NCBI GenBank assembly: GCA_046583355.1
Contig: JAYGCM010000012.1
Coordinates: forward strand, 33,208-97,207
Direction of reading: 5' to 3'
DNA: 64,000 nt
From: Deltaproteobacteria bacterium
GTDB lineage: Bacteria; Desulfobacterota; Binatia; UBA12015
Under the pieces are notes generated by a model. The model worked only from the letters and a program-made list of their open reading frames with translations. It was not told the DNA's origin and ran no database searches. The position numbers and the translations under genes are program-made. Positions 49,549-59,332 of this stretch are shown piece by piece (positions within the stretch are counted from its first letter, which is position 1; each line of letters opens with the position of its first letter).

Positions 49549-50475
49549 CTAGCCCTCGTCAGTACACTTTTTCAGAAGCGCCCGCGTGCGCAATCGTTCG
49601 TCTTTGCTCGGGGTGAACTCCGAGGCGGCGAAGTCGGTTACGCCTGCATCGGCGAGTTCGCCGAGGCGGGCGCGGACTTCGTCTTCGTTGCCGACCAGCG
49701 CCAGCTCGCCGGGGCCCGCCACTCCCTCGCGCTCAAACATGGCGCGGTAGGCGGGGAGGCTGCCGTACATTTCCAGAGTTTTGGCGACGAGGGCGCGGAC
49801 CTTGTCGGCTTCGTCGGTTACGCAGACCGGCAGGGTTGCGAGGATCCGGGGTGCGGGGCGACCGGCCTTGGCGGCGGCGTCGGCCAGTCGGGGGCGGATA
49901 TGGTCGCGGACGGTTCGCGGGCCTACCCAGGCGAGCGTCGCGCCGTCGGTGCGGGTGCCGGCGACCCGCAGGGCCTGTTCGCCCAGGGCGGCGACCAGCA
50001 CGGGCACGGGTGGGCTGGGCTTGCGGAAGACCTCGGCCTGGCACGAGAAGAACTCGCCTTCGAAGGAGACCTTGCCCTCGTTCAGAAGCGGCATCAGAAC
50101 GGAGAGGTAATCGCGTAGCTTGGCGATTGGTCGGTCCAGGTTCAGGCCGAGTTGGGCCATCATCATGTCGTGCGAGAGGCCGATGCCGAGGGTGAGGCGC
50201 TCGCCGATGACGCCGCGAGCCGTCAGCGCCTGGCCTGCCAGGACCAGCGGGTGGCGTGGCAGCATCGGGACGATAGCGGTGCCGAGCTCGATTCCCGCTA
50301 CGCGTTGGCCGACCAGAGCGAGCACGCTCAATGCGTCGAAGCCTCCGGTGGGGTGCTCGGCGAGCCAGTAGCTGGCAAAGCCGTCCTCGGCCGCCTGGGC
50401 GGCGTGCTCGGCTACGGCGTCGACCGATGCCTGCAAAACCAATCCGGTGCCGTTGATTCCGATTCGCATCGTCAT
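49549..50475 (-). CDS. LLM-class (luciferase-like) oxidoreductase, probably F420-dependent
   Basis: GF.SYWL, IELGTAIVP..PRHP..LA.QALT, RLTLGIGLSH, VLVAALG.QAL..AG...DG, YG.LP.YR. Confidence 0.85.
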   Translation of the reverse strand: MTMRIGINGTGLVLQASVDAVAEHAAQAAEDGFASYWLAEHPTGGFDALSVLALVGQRVAGIELGTAIVPMLPRHPLVLAGQALTARGVIGERLTLGIGLSHDMMMAQLGLNLDRPIAKLRDYLSVLMPLLNEGKVSFEGEFFSCQAEVFRKPSPPVPVLVAALGEQALRVAGTRTDGATLAWVGPRTVRDHIRPRLADAAAKAGRPAPRILATLPVCVTDEADKVRALVAKTLEMYGSLPAYRAMFEREGVAGPGELALVGNEDEVRARLGELADAGVTDFAASEFTPSKDERLRTRALLKKCTDEG

Positions 50476-50488
50476 GCAGGGTTCTGAA

Positions 50489-53308
50489 TCATAATTTTTC
50501 GCGCGTGTCTGCCGGACCGGGTTCGGGCGCGGACACAGACTCGGCGGGCGTGACCGCATCTGGCGTCGCTGCGGCAATGCGCAGGCCGGACGGCAAGGAG
50601 TCGGCGACGATACGCGCGCCGATCTGCGCATCGGGCTCGCCGACTTCGCGTACCAGCGTCGCCAGGCCGCGGCCTTCTTCGGCCTCGTCCAGCCGGGTGG
50701 CTACCTCGTCGCGCATGGCGTCGCTGAGGTCGCGGGCGCGGTCGCCGGAGCGGCGCGCCATTTGCGCCACGGCCAAAGCCGTCGCGGCCGGGCGGCGCCA
50801 TTTCCCGGCGCTCAACTCGCGCACGATGGGGCTCACCAGCGCGGGGCTGAGTACGGTATCGGCCGGGCCGTAGACCGGGACGCGCGCACCCAGGCGTCCG
50901 AGTGCCCAGATTTCGGCGTCGCCCTTCTCGCGTCCCTTGGCCACGGTTTTTGCCAGCGCCAGAAAGATTTCGCCGCGCAGGCCCTGCGCCAGGCGTTCCA
51001 ACGATCCGGCGACCTGCCACATCTCGCGCAGCTCCTGCGGCGTCGGTTTGGCACCACCCGTGCGGCGGCGGCGCGCTGCGGGCAGGAGCGACGGGCGGAT
51101 ATCCTGCAACAAGGCGGTTTGCTGGGGGCGCGAGAGCGACCCGGCGGCGCGCTTCCACAAGGTCCACCACTCGGCGCGCACCTGCGCCGCACGCGGGTGG
51201 CGCGGGCCGGCATCATGCAGGCGCCAGAGGCGCTCACCACGAAAAGAGTCGCGCGGGTCGCCGTAGCCCGGACGCAAGAAGAAGCCGACCAGGTTGAGCC
51301 AGCGGGCTTCATGCTCGGGCGAGCGCGCGCGGCTCTCTTCCCAGGCAAAGACGCGGTCCCAGAGCGTGCGCAACGCCGTGAGCGGCCAGCCGTCGCGACC
51401 GAGTCCCAAGGCCTCTTCGAGGCGGCGGCCGAGGCGCAGGGAGTCGCCGTCGCCCAGAAAAACATTCTCCAACGCGGCGGTGGCGGCGTCGAGCGCGGCG
51501 TCGGGCAAGAGCAGACCGGCGCTATCCTCGGCCGCCCCTTGATCGCTCTCCCACGCGTCGGCGCTGGCCTGGGCGCGCAAGTCAAAACTGAGTTTCCAGC
51601 GGTGCTCGGTGTGTACGGACTCGCAGAAGACCTCCAGCGTGCCGGTTTCGGTCAGCACCGAGCGCAACCGCACGGGTACGATGCGTTCGTCCAGCGAGCG
51701 GCCGAAGCGCAGCACGGTGCCGAGCGGCGGAAGGGAGGTCACGGAGTCCGCGGCGAATTCGACCAAGGCACCTGCGGGGTCGCCCAGACGCGTCGTGGAG
51801 ACGAAGAGCGGAAAGGCGACCTGCGTATTGGCCAGCAATTCGAGTTCAGGATCGGCGATCCGGACCTCCTCACCCTCCTCCATGCCGCGTGCCGTCAGGC
51901 AGAGCATCTGTTCGGCTCCCGCGGCGCCGATGCCCAGGTAGAACGCTCGTGGTGCGCCGCCCGAGATGCGCTCGCCGGTGCCGCGCAAAGCCTGACCGTA
52001 GGCCGCCGCTCCGCGTGATACAGCGAGGTCGAGGTCGGCGCCGGCGAGCACCTCGGGACGCTTGCCGAACCAATCGCCAAGAACCGCGAGCAGGCGTTCG
52101 CGCACGGGCGCGGGTTGCAGCGCGCCGCCATTGAAGAGAATCGTATCGGGGACCACCGGCTCGCCCAGGCTCGCCTCAGCACGCTGGAGGAACGCGGCCA
52201 GGTGGCGCGTCACGGCCGCATCCTCGGCAAAGGGGAGCCCGAATTCCTGTAGGCCGGACCCTCTGCCGAGCTTCGGTCCTTCCTCCCGGCCCACCACCGG
52301 GAAGAAGTCCTCGAGCAATTCCCGAGTGATCGCTTCGCGCTCCAGAGTCCCGCGAAGGGCGCCTTGCACGACACTGCGTCCGCGGCCGGCCAGCGAGATT
52401 TCGACCGTGGCATCGGGCGCGTCGGCGCTCAGAAGTCTTTCCTTGGCGGCGCGGCAAAGCGCGGTGAGTTGCTGCCAACGCGCGGCATCGAGGCGAGCGC
52501 CCGCGGACTCCGAGAGCTGGCGGGCCAGGGCCAGGTCCATATTGTCGCCGCCGACGAGCAGATGCTCGCCCACGAAGGTGCGCTCCAGGCCGCGACCCTG
52601 CGAATCCTCGCGCACCGCGACCAGCGAGAAATCCGTCGTCCCGCCACCAACATCAATCACGAGAATGGTCGCACTCCCGGCCAGGCGCTCGCGCCAATCC
52701 GGATGCGCCGCCGTCCAGGCATAAAGCGCGGCCTGCGGCTCTTCGAGCAGGCGCAGATGCTCGAGTCCGGCCGCGCGCGCCGCCTGCACCGTGAGCTCGC
52801 GCGCCACTTCATCAAACGACGCCGGTACGGTGAGGATCACATCCTGCTCGGCCAGCCTCGCCTCGGGATGCGCGTCGTCCCAGGCCGCGCGAATATGGGC
52901 CAGCAGCCGCGCGGTGGCCTCGACCGGCGAGAGGCGCTGTAATTCGGCATCGGTCCCCCAGGGGAGGATCGCCGCCGCGCGGTCGACACCGCCGTGGCAG
53001 AGCCAGGATTTCGCCGAGGTGATGACGCGACCGGCGACGCGTGCGCCCAGCAGACGCGCGAGGCCGCCAACGACCTGGCGCGCATCGGGGGCCCAGGGCA
53101 GCGCGAGTGCGCCGGCGGGTACATCATGCTCGCCGGCCAGATAGATGGCCGAAGGCAAGGAGTTGCGCGGCGCTACCTCGCCTTCGAGGATCAACTGCGG
53201 AATCGGGAAAGTCGCCAGCGAGTCGGGCTCGCCCGGGCGACAGCAGGCAATGGCCGAGTTGGTTGTGCCGAGATCGATGCCGACGATCCAGGGCGCACCC
53301 TCGCTCAT
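50489..53308 (-). CDS. Atypical Hsp70-family protein with long C-terminal (DUF3731-type) extension
   Basis: GIDLGTTNS, TVPASFD, EEPQAA, DVGGGTTDFS, GGDNMD. C-terminal RWLNL.GF.LRPGYG...D, WW.LW.R.AG.L, WALGRLGARVP.YGP. Confidence 0.88.
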   Translation of the reverse strand: MSEGAPWIVGIDLGTTNSAIACCRPGEPDSLATFPIPQLILEGEVAPRNSLPSAIYLAGEHDVPAGALALPWAPDARQVVGGLARLLGARVAGRVITSAKSWLCHGGVDRAAAILPWGTDAELQRLSPVEATARLLAHIRAAWDDAHPEARLAEQDVILTVPASFDEVARELTVQAARAAGLEHLRLLEEPQAALYAWTAAHPDWRERLAGSATILVIDVGGGTTDFSLVAVREDSQGRGLERTFVGEHLLVGGDNMDLALARQLSESAGARLDAARWQQLTALCRAAKERLLSADAPDATVEISLAGRGRSVVQGALRGTLEREAITRELLEDFFPVVGREEGPKLGRGSGLQEFGLPFAEDAAVTRHLAAFLQRAEASLGEPVVPDTILFNGGALQPAPVRERLLAVLGDWFGKRPEVLAGADLDLAVSRGAAAYGQALRGTGERISGGAPRAFYLGIGAAGAEQMLCLTARGMEEGEEVRIADPELELLANTQVAFPLFVSTTRLGDPAGALVEFAADSVTSLPPLGTVLRFGRSLDERIVPVRLRSVLTETGTLEVFCESVHTEHRWKLSFDLRAQASADAWESDQGAAEDSAGLLLPDAALDAATAALENVFLGDGDSLRLGRRLEEALGLGRDGWPLTALRTLWDRVFAWEESRARSPEHEARWLNLVGFFLRPGYGDPRDSFRGERLWRLHDAGPRHPRAAQVRAEWWTLWKRAAGSLSRPQQTALLQDIRPSLLPAARRRRTGGAKPTPQELREMWQVAGSLERLAQGLRGEIFLALAKTVAKGREKGDAEIWALGRLGARVPVYGPADTVLSPALVSPIVRELSAGKWRRPAATALAVAQMARRSGDRARDLSDAMRDEVATRLDEAEEGRGLATLVREVGEPDAQIGARIVADSLPSGLRIAAATPDAVTPAESVSAPEPGPADTREKL

Positions 53309-55113
53309 GCCCCGCGTGCCTCGCCGCGCACGCCGAAGCTCAGCCGGTGGCGCTCGCCGCCAGCCGCGACAAAGGAGACCTCCAAGGTACCGATCTCGGT
53401 GATCTCGGCTTCCAGCGAAACGCGCACGCGCTCGCCGGACTCGCCGGGCAGCAGCGCATGCAGAGGCGTCAACTCGTCGAGCTCCTCGGCGTCGAATTCA
53501 TCCAGCACGGCGCCTACCTGATCGTCGAGGCGAGTCGAGGAGGCAAAGAGGCGAAAGCCCGCCTCGCGGCCCACCAGCAGCCCGAAGCCTGGTCCCGGCA
53601 CGGTCAGGCGCGAGCCTTCCTCGATGCCGAAGGGCATCACGCAAAGCGCCTTGGTCGGCGGCGGATGGCCGGGCACGGACGGCATCGCGCTCACGACACC
53701 AACATAATAGGAGCGCGCCGTACCGCCGCGGATACGAATGCCCTCGCCGCGACGGGCGCGACCATAGGCAACCGCGCCGCGGGCGACGGCATGGCGCAGA
53801 TCGTCGCCGCCAATCACGCGCGGCGCCGCCGTGCCGGCCGCCTCGGACCATGCCGCGAGAATCTCGGAGGAGCGCTCGGCCAGCGCCGTGGCCGCCATCA
53901 CGCCGCCATTATAAAGCACACAAGTCGGCAGGCCACCTTGCGGTGTCGGATGCGCACGCAGGAAGCTCGCCAGGTGTCGACTGATCGCACTATCGGCAAC
54001 AAAGGGCAGCCCGAGCTCGCTGAGCCCGCTTGCGTCAGCCTCCTGGACCACCGCGTCGGCATCGACCCTGGGAAAGAAGCCCTCGACGAGAAGCTGTACG
54101 ACTTCAGCGCGCGAGAGTTCCGCACGCAGCGTACCGCCGATCAATTTGCGGCTTTGACCCAGAATGACGATCGGCAGGCTCTGCGGAGCGTCGGCACCCA
54201 GCAGCCTCTCCTTGGCCTCGCGACACGCCGCCACCAAGGATTGGACTTGGCGCGCATTGAGTCGCTTGCCCGCAGCAACCAGCCGCCCGCGCACGGTATA
54301 GGCGAGCGCCAGATCCATATTGTCGCCGCCCAGCAGAAGATGGTCGCCGACGGCGACCCGCTCCAGGACGAGCGCGCCCTGCTCTTCGCCCACTACCACC
54401 AAGCTGAAATCCGTCGTGCCGCCGCCGACATCGCAGACCAGCAGCGAGTCGCCGAGCGACACGGCGTCGCGCCAGCCATCGCCGAGCGTCTCGACCCAAT
54501 TATAGACGGCTGCCTGCGGCTCCTCCAGAAGGTGCGGCTCGGGCAGCCCCGCGGCGCGCGCCGCCTCGATGGTCAACTCGCGGGCTTCGGCATCGAAAGA
54601 TGCCGGCACGGTGAGGATCACATCCTGCGCTTCAAGCCGGGCGCTCGGATCGTCGGCCGCCATCGCCAGATCCCAGGCCGCACGGAGATGGGCGAGATAC
54701 GCCGTCGTCGCCTCAAGTGGCGAGATCCGCGCATCGTCTTCGCCGGCGCCCAAGGGAAGGATGGCATCGCGCCGCGCCGCCGTACCGTGACAAAGCCAGG
54801 ATTTGGCCGACGATACGACCTGATGCGGCGACTCGGCGGCGCGACGCGCGGCCGCCGCGCCGACAATGCGCTCAGCCGACCCACCCCAGGGCAGCCGCGT
54901 CTGCGCCGCATCGAACTCACCCGCGCGCGGCAGAAGCAGAAATGAGGGCAGGATCGTCGGCGACTCGACTGTGCCGGGTGCCACCAATTGCGCAACGCCG
55001 AAGACCTCGACCTGTGGCTCCTCGGCCTGCATATCGACCCAGGCAAGAGTCGAGTTGGTCGTGCCAAGATCGATGCCGACGACGAAACGACTGCCGCCGG
55101 ATGCCGAACTCAT
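53305..55113 (-). CDS. Atypical Hsp70-family protein
   Basis: GIDLGTTNS, SAKSWLCH, TVPASFD, DVGGGTTDFS, AVARGA, IRGGTARSYYVG. No DnaK-type lid. Confidence 0.88.
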   Translation of the reverse strand: MSSASGGSRFVVGIDLGTTNSTLAWVDMQAEEPQVEVFGVAQLVAPGTVESPTILPSFLLLPRAGEFDAAQTRLPWGGSAERIVGAAAARRAAESPHQVVSSAKSWLCHGTAARRDAILPLGAGEDDARISPLEATTAYLAHLRAAWDLAMAADDPSARLEAQDVILTVPASFDAEARELTIEAARAAGLPEPHLLEEPQAAVYNWVETLGDGWRDAVSLGDSLLVCDVGGGTTDFSLVVVGEEQGALVLERVAVGDHLLLGGDNMDLALAYTVRGRLVAAGKRLNARQVQSLVAACREAKERLLGADAPQSLPIVILGQSRKLIGGTLRAELSRAEVVQLLVEGFFPRVDADAVVQEADASGLSELGLPFVADSAISRHLASFLRAHPTPQGGLPTCVLYNGGVMAATALAERSSEILAAWSEAAGTAAPRVIGGDDLRHAVARGAVAYGRARRGEGIRIRGGTARSYYVGVVSAMPSVPGHPPPTKALCVMPFGIEEGSRLTVPGPGFGLLVGREAGFRLFASSTRLDDQVGAVLDEFDAEELDELTPLHALLPGESGERVRVSLEAEITEIGTLEVSFVAAGGERHRLSFGVRGEARGA

Positions 55114-55829
55114 GCCTCGCCGACCTCGATCTCGGCTGGCGCGAGGATACCCGCGTCACTGCCTTCGGTCGGCCGCGGCAGACGCGGCGCCTCGGCGTAC
55201 CAGCCGCCATGCAGCAGCGTGCCCTTCCAGGGGGGCTTGCCGGTGGGCGAGCCGACGATGCGGATCTGCGCCGGGTCGAAGCCCGCGGGCACCTCCACCG
55301 TCGAGCCGTCCTCGCCTGGGTGAATCGCACGCAGCGTCATGCGGTCCTCGAGCGCCCGGCGCAGCGAGCCGTGAATGCCGCGCGCGGCCGCGCCGACCTC
55401 AGCGTCATTGTAGGATTCGATATCTTCGCGCACGAAATCGATCAGCCGGGCCTCCTCCTGAAGCACCGCCAGCAGACGCAGGGCCACGCCATCGGGATCT
55501 GGCCCTGCGGGCAGCGCGTCCCTCCCCGGTGCAGCCACCTGCGACTCCAGGTCGGCTGCCGGCGCGGCACCACGACCGCCGGCCAGCAGAAGGCCGATCA
55601 GCCCGAGCACGGGCCCGGCCAGCATCACGCCCACCCAGGGAAGCAAAGCGGGCGCGATCAGCGCGACCAGCAACCCGACGATCCCACCCGAAGCAAAGGC
55701 CTCCGGCAAGCCCGCCAGCGCCTGGGCGCCCGCGCCACCCAGCGCCCACCAGGCGCCAACCTGCGCCGCCATACTCAGAACCAGGAGGGCTGCGAATCCC
55801 CATACGATCAACCTGCGATTCGTTGCCAT
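55110..55829 (-). CDS. DUF2760-family membrane protein
   Basis: N-terminal TM helices, ALRLLA.LQ.EARLIDFVRED, VGAAAR.IH, GFDP..IR.VG...G.PP..G.L.H.GW, APAEIEV. Confidence 0.85.
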   Translation of the reverse strand: MATNRRLIVWGFAALLVLSMAAQVGAWWALGGAGAQALAGLPEAFASGGIVGLLVALIAPALLPWVGVMLAGPVLGLIGLLLAGGRGAAPAADLESQVAAPGRDALPAGPDPDGVALRLLAVLQEEARLIDFVREDIESYNDAEVGAAARGIHGSLRRALEDRMTLRAIHPGEDGSTVEVPAGFDPAQIRIVGSPTGKPPWKGTLLHGGWYAEAPRLPRPTEGSDAGILAPAEIEVGEA

Positions 55830-55900
55830 GGGAATAGGTCGCGGACAGAAGCGGCTGGTGCAAATTGCCGCCTGCCGAGCCGCCATGTAGAGAAGCGCGC

Positions 55901-56188
55901 ATGAGCGTCTCCATCGAAGATGTCGAGCATATTGCGCGCCTCGCCCGCCTGGGCCTGCGCGACGACGAGAAGCAGAAGCTACGCGGCGACCTCGAGTCCA
56001 TTCTCGGCTATGTCGAGAAATTGCGCAGCCTCGACACCACCGGTGTCGAGGCCAGCGCCAGTGTTGCCAGCCTCCGGCCGGCTATGCGCGACGATATCGT
56101 GACCAACGGGGACCGGGCCGAAGATATGGTTCGCGGCGCACCGGACCGCGAAGAGAATTTCCTGCGCGTCCCCAAAATCATCGAATAG
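55901..56188 (+). CDS. gatC: Asp/Glu-tRNA amidotransferase subunit C
   Basis: DVEHIARLARL, IL.YVEKL, VPKIIE. First gene of gatCAB. Confidence 0.95.
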   Translation: MSVSIEDVEHIARLARLGLRDDEKQKLRGDLESILGYVEKLRSLDTTGVEASASVASLRPAMRDDIVTNGDRAEDMVRGAPDREENFLRVPKIIE

Positions 56189-56207
56189 GCGGCAATAAGG
56201 AGACCTC

Positions 56208-57698
56208 ATGAATCCATCCGATCCCAGTTCCTTTGGTGTCGCCCCCGCGCGAGCCGCTCTCGATGCCGGCGAATTCACCGCCACCGAACTCACCCGCGCC
56301 CTCCTCGACCGCATCAGCGCGGTCGAGAGCGATCTCGGTGCCCTGCTCACGATCACCGGCGAGCGGGCGCTTGCCGATGCCGCCGCAGCCGACGCGCGCA
56401 TCCAGGCCGGCGAGCGCGGGCCTCTGCTCGGCATCCCTATCGTGCTGAAGGATATCTTCGCCACCCGCGGCATTCGCACGACCTGCGGCTCGCGCATTCT
56501 TGAGGCCTTCATCCCACCCTACGACGCCGACGCGACCGAGCGCCTGGCGCAAGCCGGCGCCGTGCTCATCGGCAAGGCCAATATGGATGAGTTCGCGATG
56601 GGCTCCTCGAACGAGAACTCGGCCTTCCGGCCCTGCCGCAACCCATGGAATACCGATCGCGTACCCGGCGGCTCGTCGGGCGGCTCGGCGGTCGCCGTTG
56701 CTGCGGGCGAATGCCTCGCCTCGCTCGGCACCGACACCGGCGGCTCGATCCGCCTGCCCGCCTCCTTCACCGGCGTCTGCGGCATGAAGCCGACCTATGG
56801 CCGCGTATCGCGCTACGGCGTCATTGCCTACGCCTCTTCGCTCGACCAGGTCGGGCCCTTCGGGCGCTCGGCCGAAGACCTCGCCATGGTATTGGGCGTG
56901 ATCGCCGGGCATGACCCGCGCGACTCGACCTCGGCCGACCGCGAGGTGCCGGATTACGCAGGCGCACTCGATGGCGATATCCGCGGCCTGCGCCTCGGGC
57001 TACCGCGCGAATATTTCGTCGGCGGCCTCGCCCCGGATGTAGAGCGCGTCGTGCGCGAGGCCATCGAAGTTCTGCGCAGCCGCGGCGCCGAGATCGTCGA
57101 TGTCGACCTGCCGCATACCGAATATGCCGTCGCCGCCTACTATCTGGTCGCCACCGCCGAGGCCTCCTCGAACCTCTCGCGCTATGACGGCGTGCGCTAT
57201 GGCCTGCGAACCGAGGCACCGGAGAACCTTCTGGAGCTCTACCGCCAGACCCGCGAAGAAGGATTCGGCCCCGAGGTCAAGCGACGGATTTTGCTCGGCA
57301 CCTACGCCCTTTCGGCCGGCTATTATGAAGCGTATTACCACAAGGCATTGCAGGTACGGACGCTGATCCGACAGGATTTCGAGCGGGCCTTCCAGCATTG
57401 CGATGCCATCGTCACGCCGACCGCACCCCAGACGGCGTTTCGCCTCGGCGAGAAGACCGACGACCCGCTCTCCATGTACCTCTCCGATATCTTCACGAAC
57501 TCAGCCAACCTGGCCGGCCTGCCCGGCCTGGTCGTCCCCTGCGGTTTCGACACAGCCGAGATGCCCATCGGCCTGCAAATCCTGACGCCGGACTTCGAGG
57601 AAGCCCGCGCCCTGCGAATCGGCGACGCCTACCAACGCGACACAGGCTGGCATCGGCGGGCACCCGTGCTGGGCAGCGCAAAGAAAGCGGCGGTATAA
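56208..57698 (+). CDS. gatA: Asp/Glu-tRNA amidotransferase subunit A
   Basis: [51 protein letters not shown]. Confidence 0.97.
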   Translation: MNPSDPSSFGVAPARAALDAGEFTATELTRALLDRISAVESDLGALLTITGERALADAAAADARIQAGERGPLLGIPIVLKDIFATRGIRTTCGSRILEAFIPPYDADATERLAQAGAVLIGKANMDEFAMGSSNENSAFRPCRNPWNTDRVPGGSSGGSAVAVAAGECLASLGTDTGGSIRLPASFTGVCGMKPTYGRVSRYGVIAYASSLDQVGPFGRSAEDLAMVLGVIAGHDPRDSTSADREVPDYAGALDGDIRGLRLGLPREYFVGGLAPDVERVVREAIEVLRSRGAEIVDVDLPHTEYAVAAYYLVATAEASSNLSRYDGVRYGLRTEAPENLLELYRQTREEGFGPEVKRRILLGTYALSAGYYEAYYHKALQVRTLIRQDFERAFQHCDAIVTPTAPQTAFRLGEKTDDPLSMYLSDIFTNSANLAGLPGLVVPCGFDTAEMPIGLQILTPDFEEARALRIGDAYQRDTGWHRRAPVLGSAKKAAV

Positions 57699-59197
57699 TG
57701 GACGAGACCGAGATCATGCCGGACACGACGCCAGACGAAGAATCGCGCTACGGAGCTTGGGAAGCGGTCATCGGCCTCGAGGTACACGCGCAATTGCGGG
57801 TCGAGTCGAAGCTCTTCTGCGGCTGTTCGGCCGCCTTCGGTGCGCCGCCCAACGCGCATACCTGCCCGGTCTGCCTCGGCATGCCCGGCGTGCTCCCGGT
57901 GCTGAACCGTCGTGCCGTCGAACTCGCGATCCGCACAGCGCTGGCAACCGGCTCTGCGGTCGCGGCGCGCTCGATCTGGGCGAGAAAGAATTATTTCTAT
58001 CCCGATCTGCCCAAGGGCTATCAGGTGACCCAGCTCGACGAACCGCTCGCCCTCGGCGGGCATATCGATGTCACGGTCGATACGACGACCACGCGCGTCC
58101 GTCTGACCCGCATCCATATGGAAGAAGACGCCGGCAAAAGCATCCATGACGCACAGGAAGGCCACTCTCTGGTCGACTTGAATCGCGCCGGCGTGCCGCT
58201 GATGGAGATCGTCAGCGAACCCGATATCCATTCGCCGGAAGAAGCCGCCAACTATATGCGAACGCTGCGCACGCTCTTGCAACATATCGGCTCCTGCGAC
58301 GGCAATATGGAAGAAGGCAGCATGCGCTGCGATGCCAATGTCTCCGTACGGAAGCGTGGCAGCACGGAACTCGGTACCCGCGCCGAGATCAAGAATATGA
58401 ACTCGTTTCGCTCCATCGAGCGTGCTGTCGAGCACGAGATCCACCGGCAGATCGAGATCCTCGAAGACGGCGGACGGATCGTTCAGGAGACGCGGCTCTG
58501 GGATGCCGACCGCGAGCGCACCGCGACGATGCGCTCCAAGGAAGACGCGCACGATTATCGCTATTTCCCCGAGCCCGACCTGCAACCGCTGCTGGTCAGT
58601 GACGAATGGATCCAGGAGATCCGTGCCACTCTGCCCGAACTGCCCGAGCAACGCCTCAAGCGCTTCCAAAGCGAACTCGGCCTCTCCGAATACGACGCCG
58701 GGGTGCTCACGGCGCGTCGTGATATCGGCGATTATTTTGAAGCCGCCGCAGCCGGCCACAAAAACCCCAAGGCGATCGCCAATTGGGTCATGGGTGACCT
58801 GTTGCGCGTGGTGCGCGAGCGCCGCCTCGACGACGCCCTCGTGATCGAGGAATGGCCGGTTTCCGCCGCGCACCTGGGCGAGCTGGTCGGGCGCATCGAC
58901 GACGCCACGATCAGCGGCAAGATCGCCAAGAAGGTCTTCGAGGAGATGGTCACCTCGGGGCAATCGCCGGATACGATCATCGAGGCCCAGGGCCTCACGC
59001 AGGTCACCGACGAGGGCGCCATCGGCAATGTGGTCGACGAGATCCTGGCCAGGCACAGCGACAAGGTCGAGGAATACCGCGGCGGCAAGGAGCAACTCCT
59101 GGGCTTCTTCGTCGGCCAGGTGATGCAGGCGACACACGGCAAGGCGAACCCGCGAGCGGTAAACGAGATTCTGCGCGCGAAGCTCGCCCAGGGCTGA
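57698..59197 (+). CDS. gatB: Asp/Glu-tRNA amidotransferase subunit B
   Basis: VIGLEVHAQL, RKNYFYPDLPKGYQ, HMEEDAGKS, RSKEDAHDYRYFPEPDL. Confidence 0.97.
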   Translation: MDETEIMPDTTPDEESRYGAWEAVIGLEVHAQLRVESKLFCGCSAAFGAPPNAHTCPVCLGMPGVLPVLNRRAVELAIRTALATGSAVAARSIWARKNYFYPDLPKGYQVTQLDEPLALGGHIDVTVDTTTTRVRLTRIHMEEDAGKSIHDAQEGHSLVDLNRAGVPLMEIVSEPDIHSPEEAANYMRTLRTLLQHIGSCDGNMEEGSMRCDANVSVRKRGSTELGTRAEIKNMNSFRSIERAVEHEIHRQIEILEDGGRIVQETRLWDADRERTATMRSKEDAHDYRYFPEPDLQPLLVSDEWIQEIRATLPELPEQRLKRFQSELGLSEYDAGVLTARRDIGDYFEAAAAGHKNPKAIANWVMGDLLRVVRERRLDDALVIEEWPVSAAHLGELVGRIDDATISGKIAKKVFEEMVTSGQSPDTIIEAQGLTQVTDEGAIGNVVDEILARHSDKVEEYRGGKEQLLGFFVGQVMQATHGKANPRAVNEILRAKLAQG

Positions 59198-59332
59198 GGC
59201 GCCGCCGGCCTCGTCCCGCACCCCCGCGCCAGATCAAAGCGCAGTAGGGACGGCGCCGAATTCCTGTAAATTTCGGCTGCCAGGCCTGCCGATTTCCTTG
59301 CGCCGCGCGGCCTTAAGAGGCAATGGTGGGCC

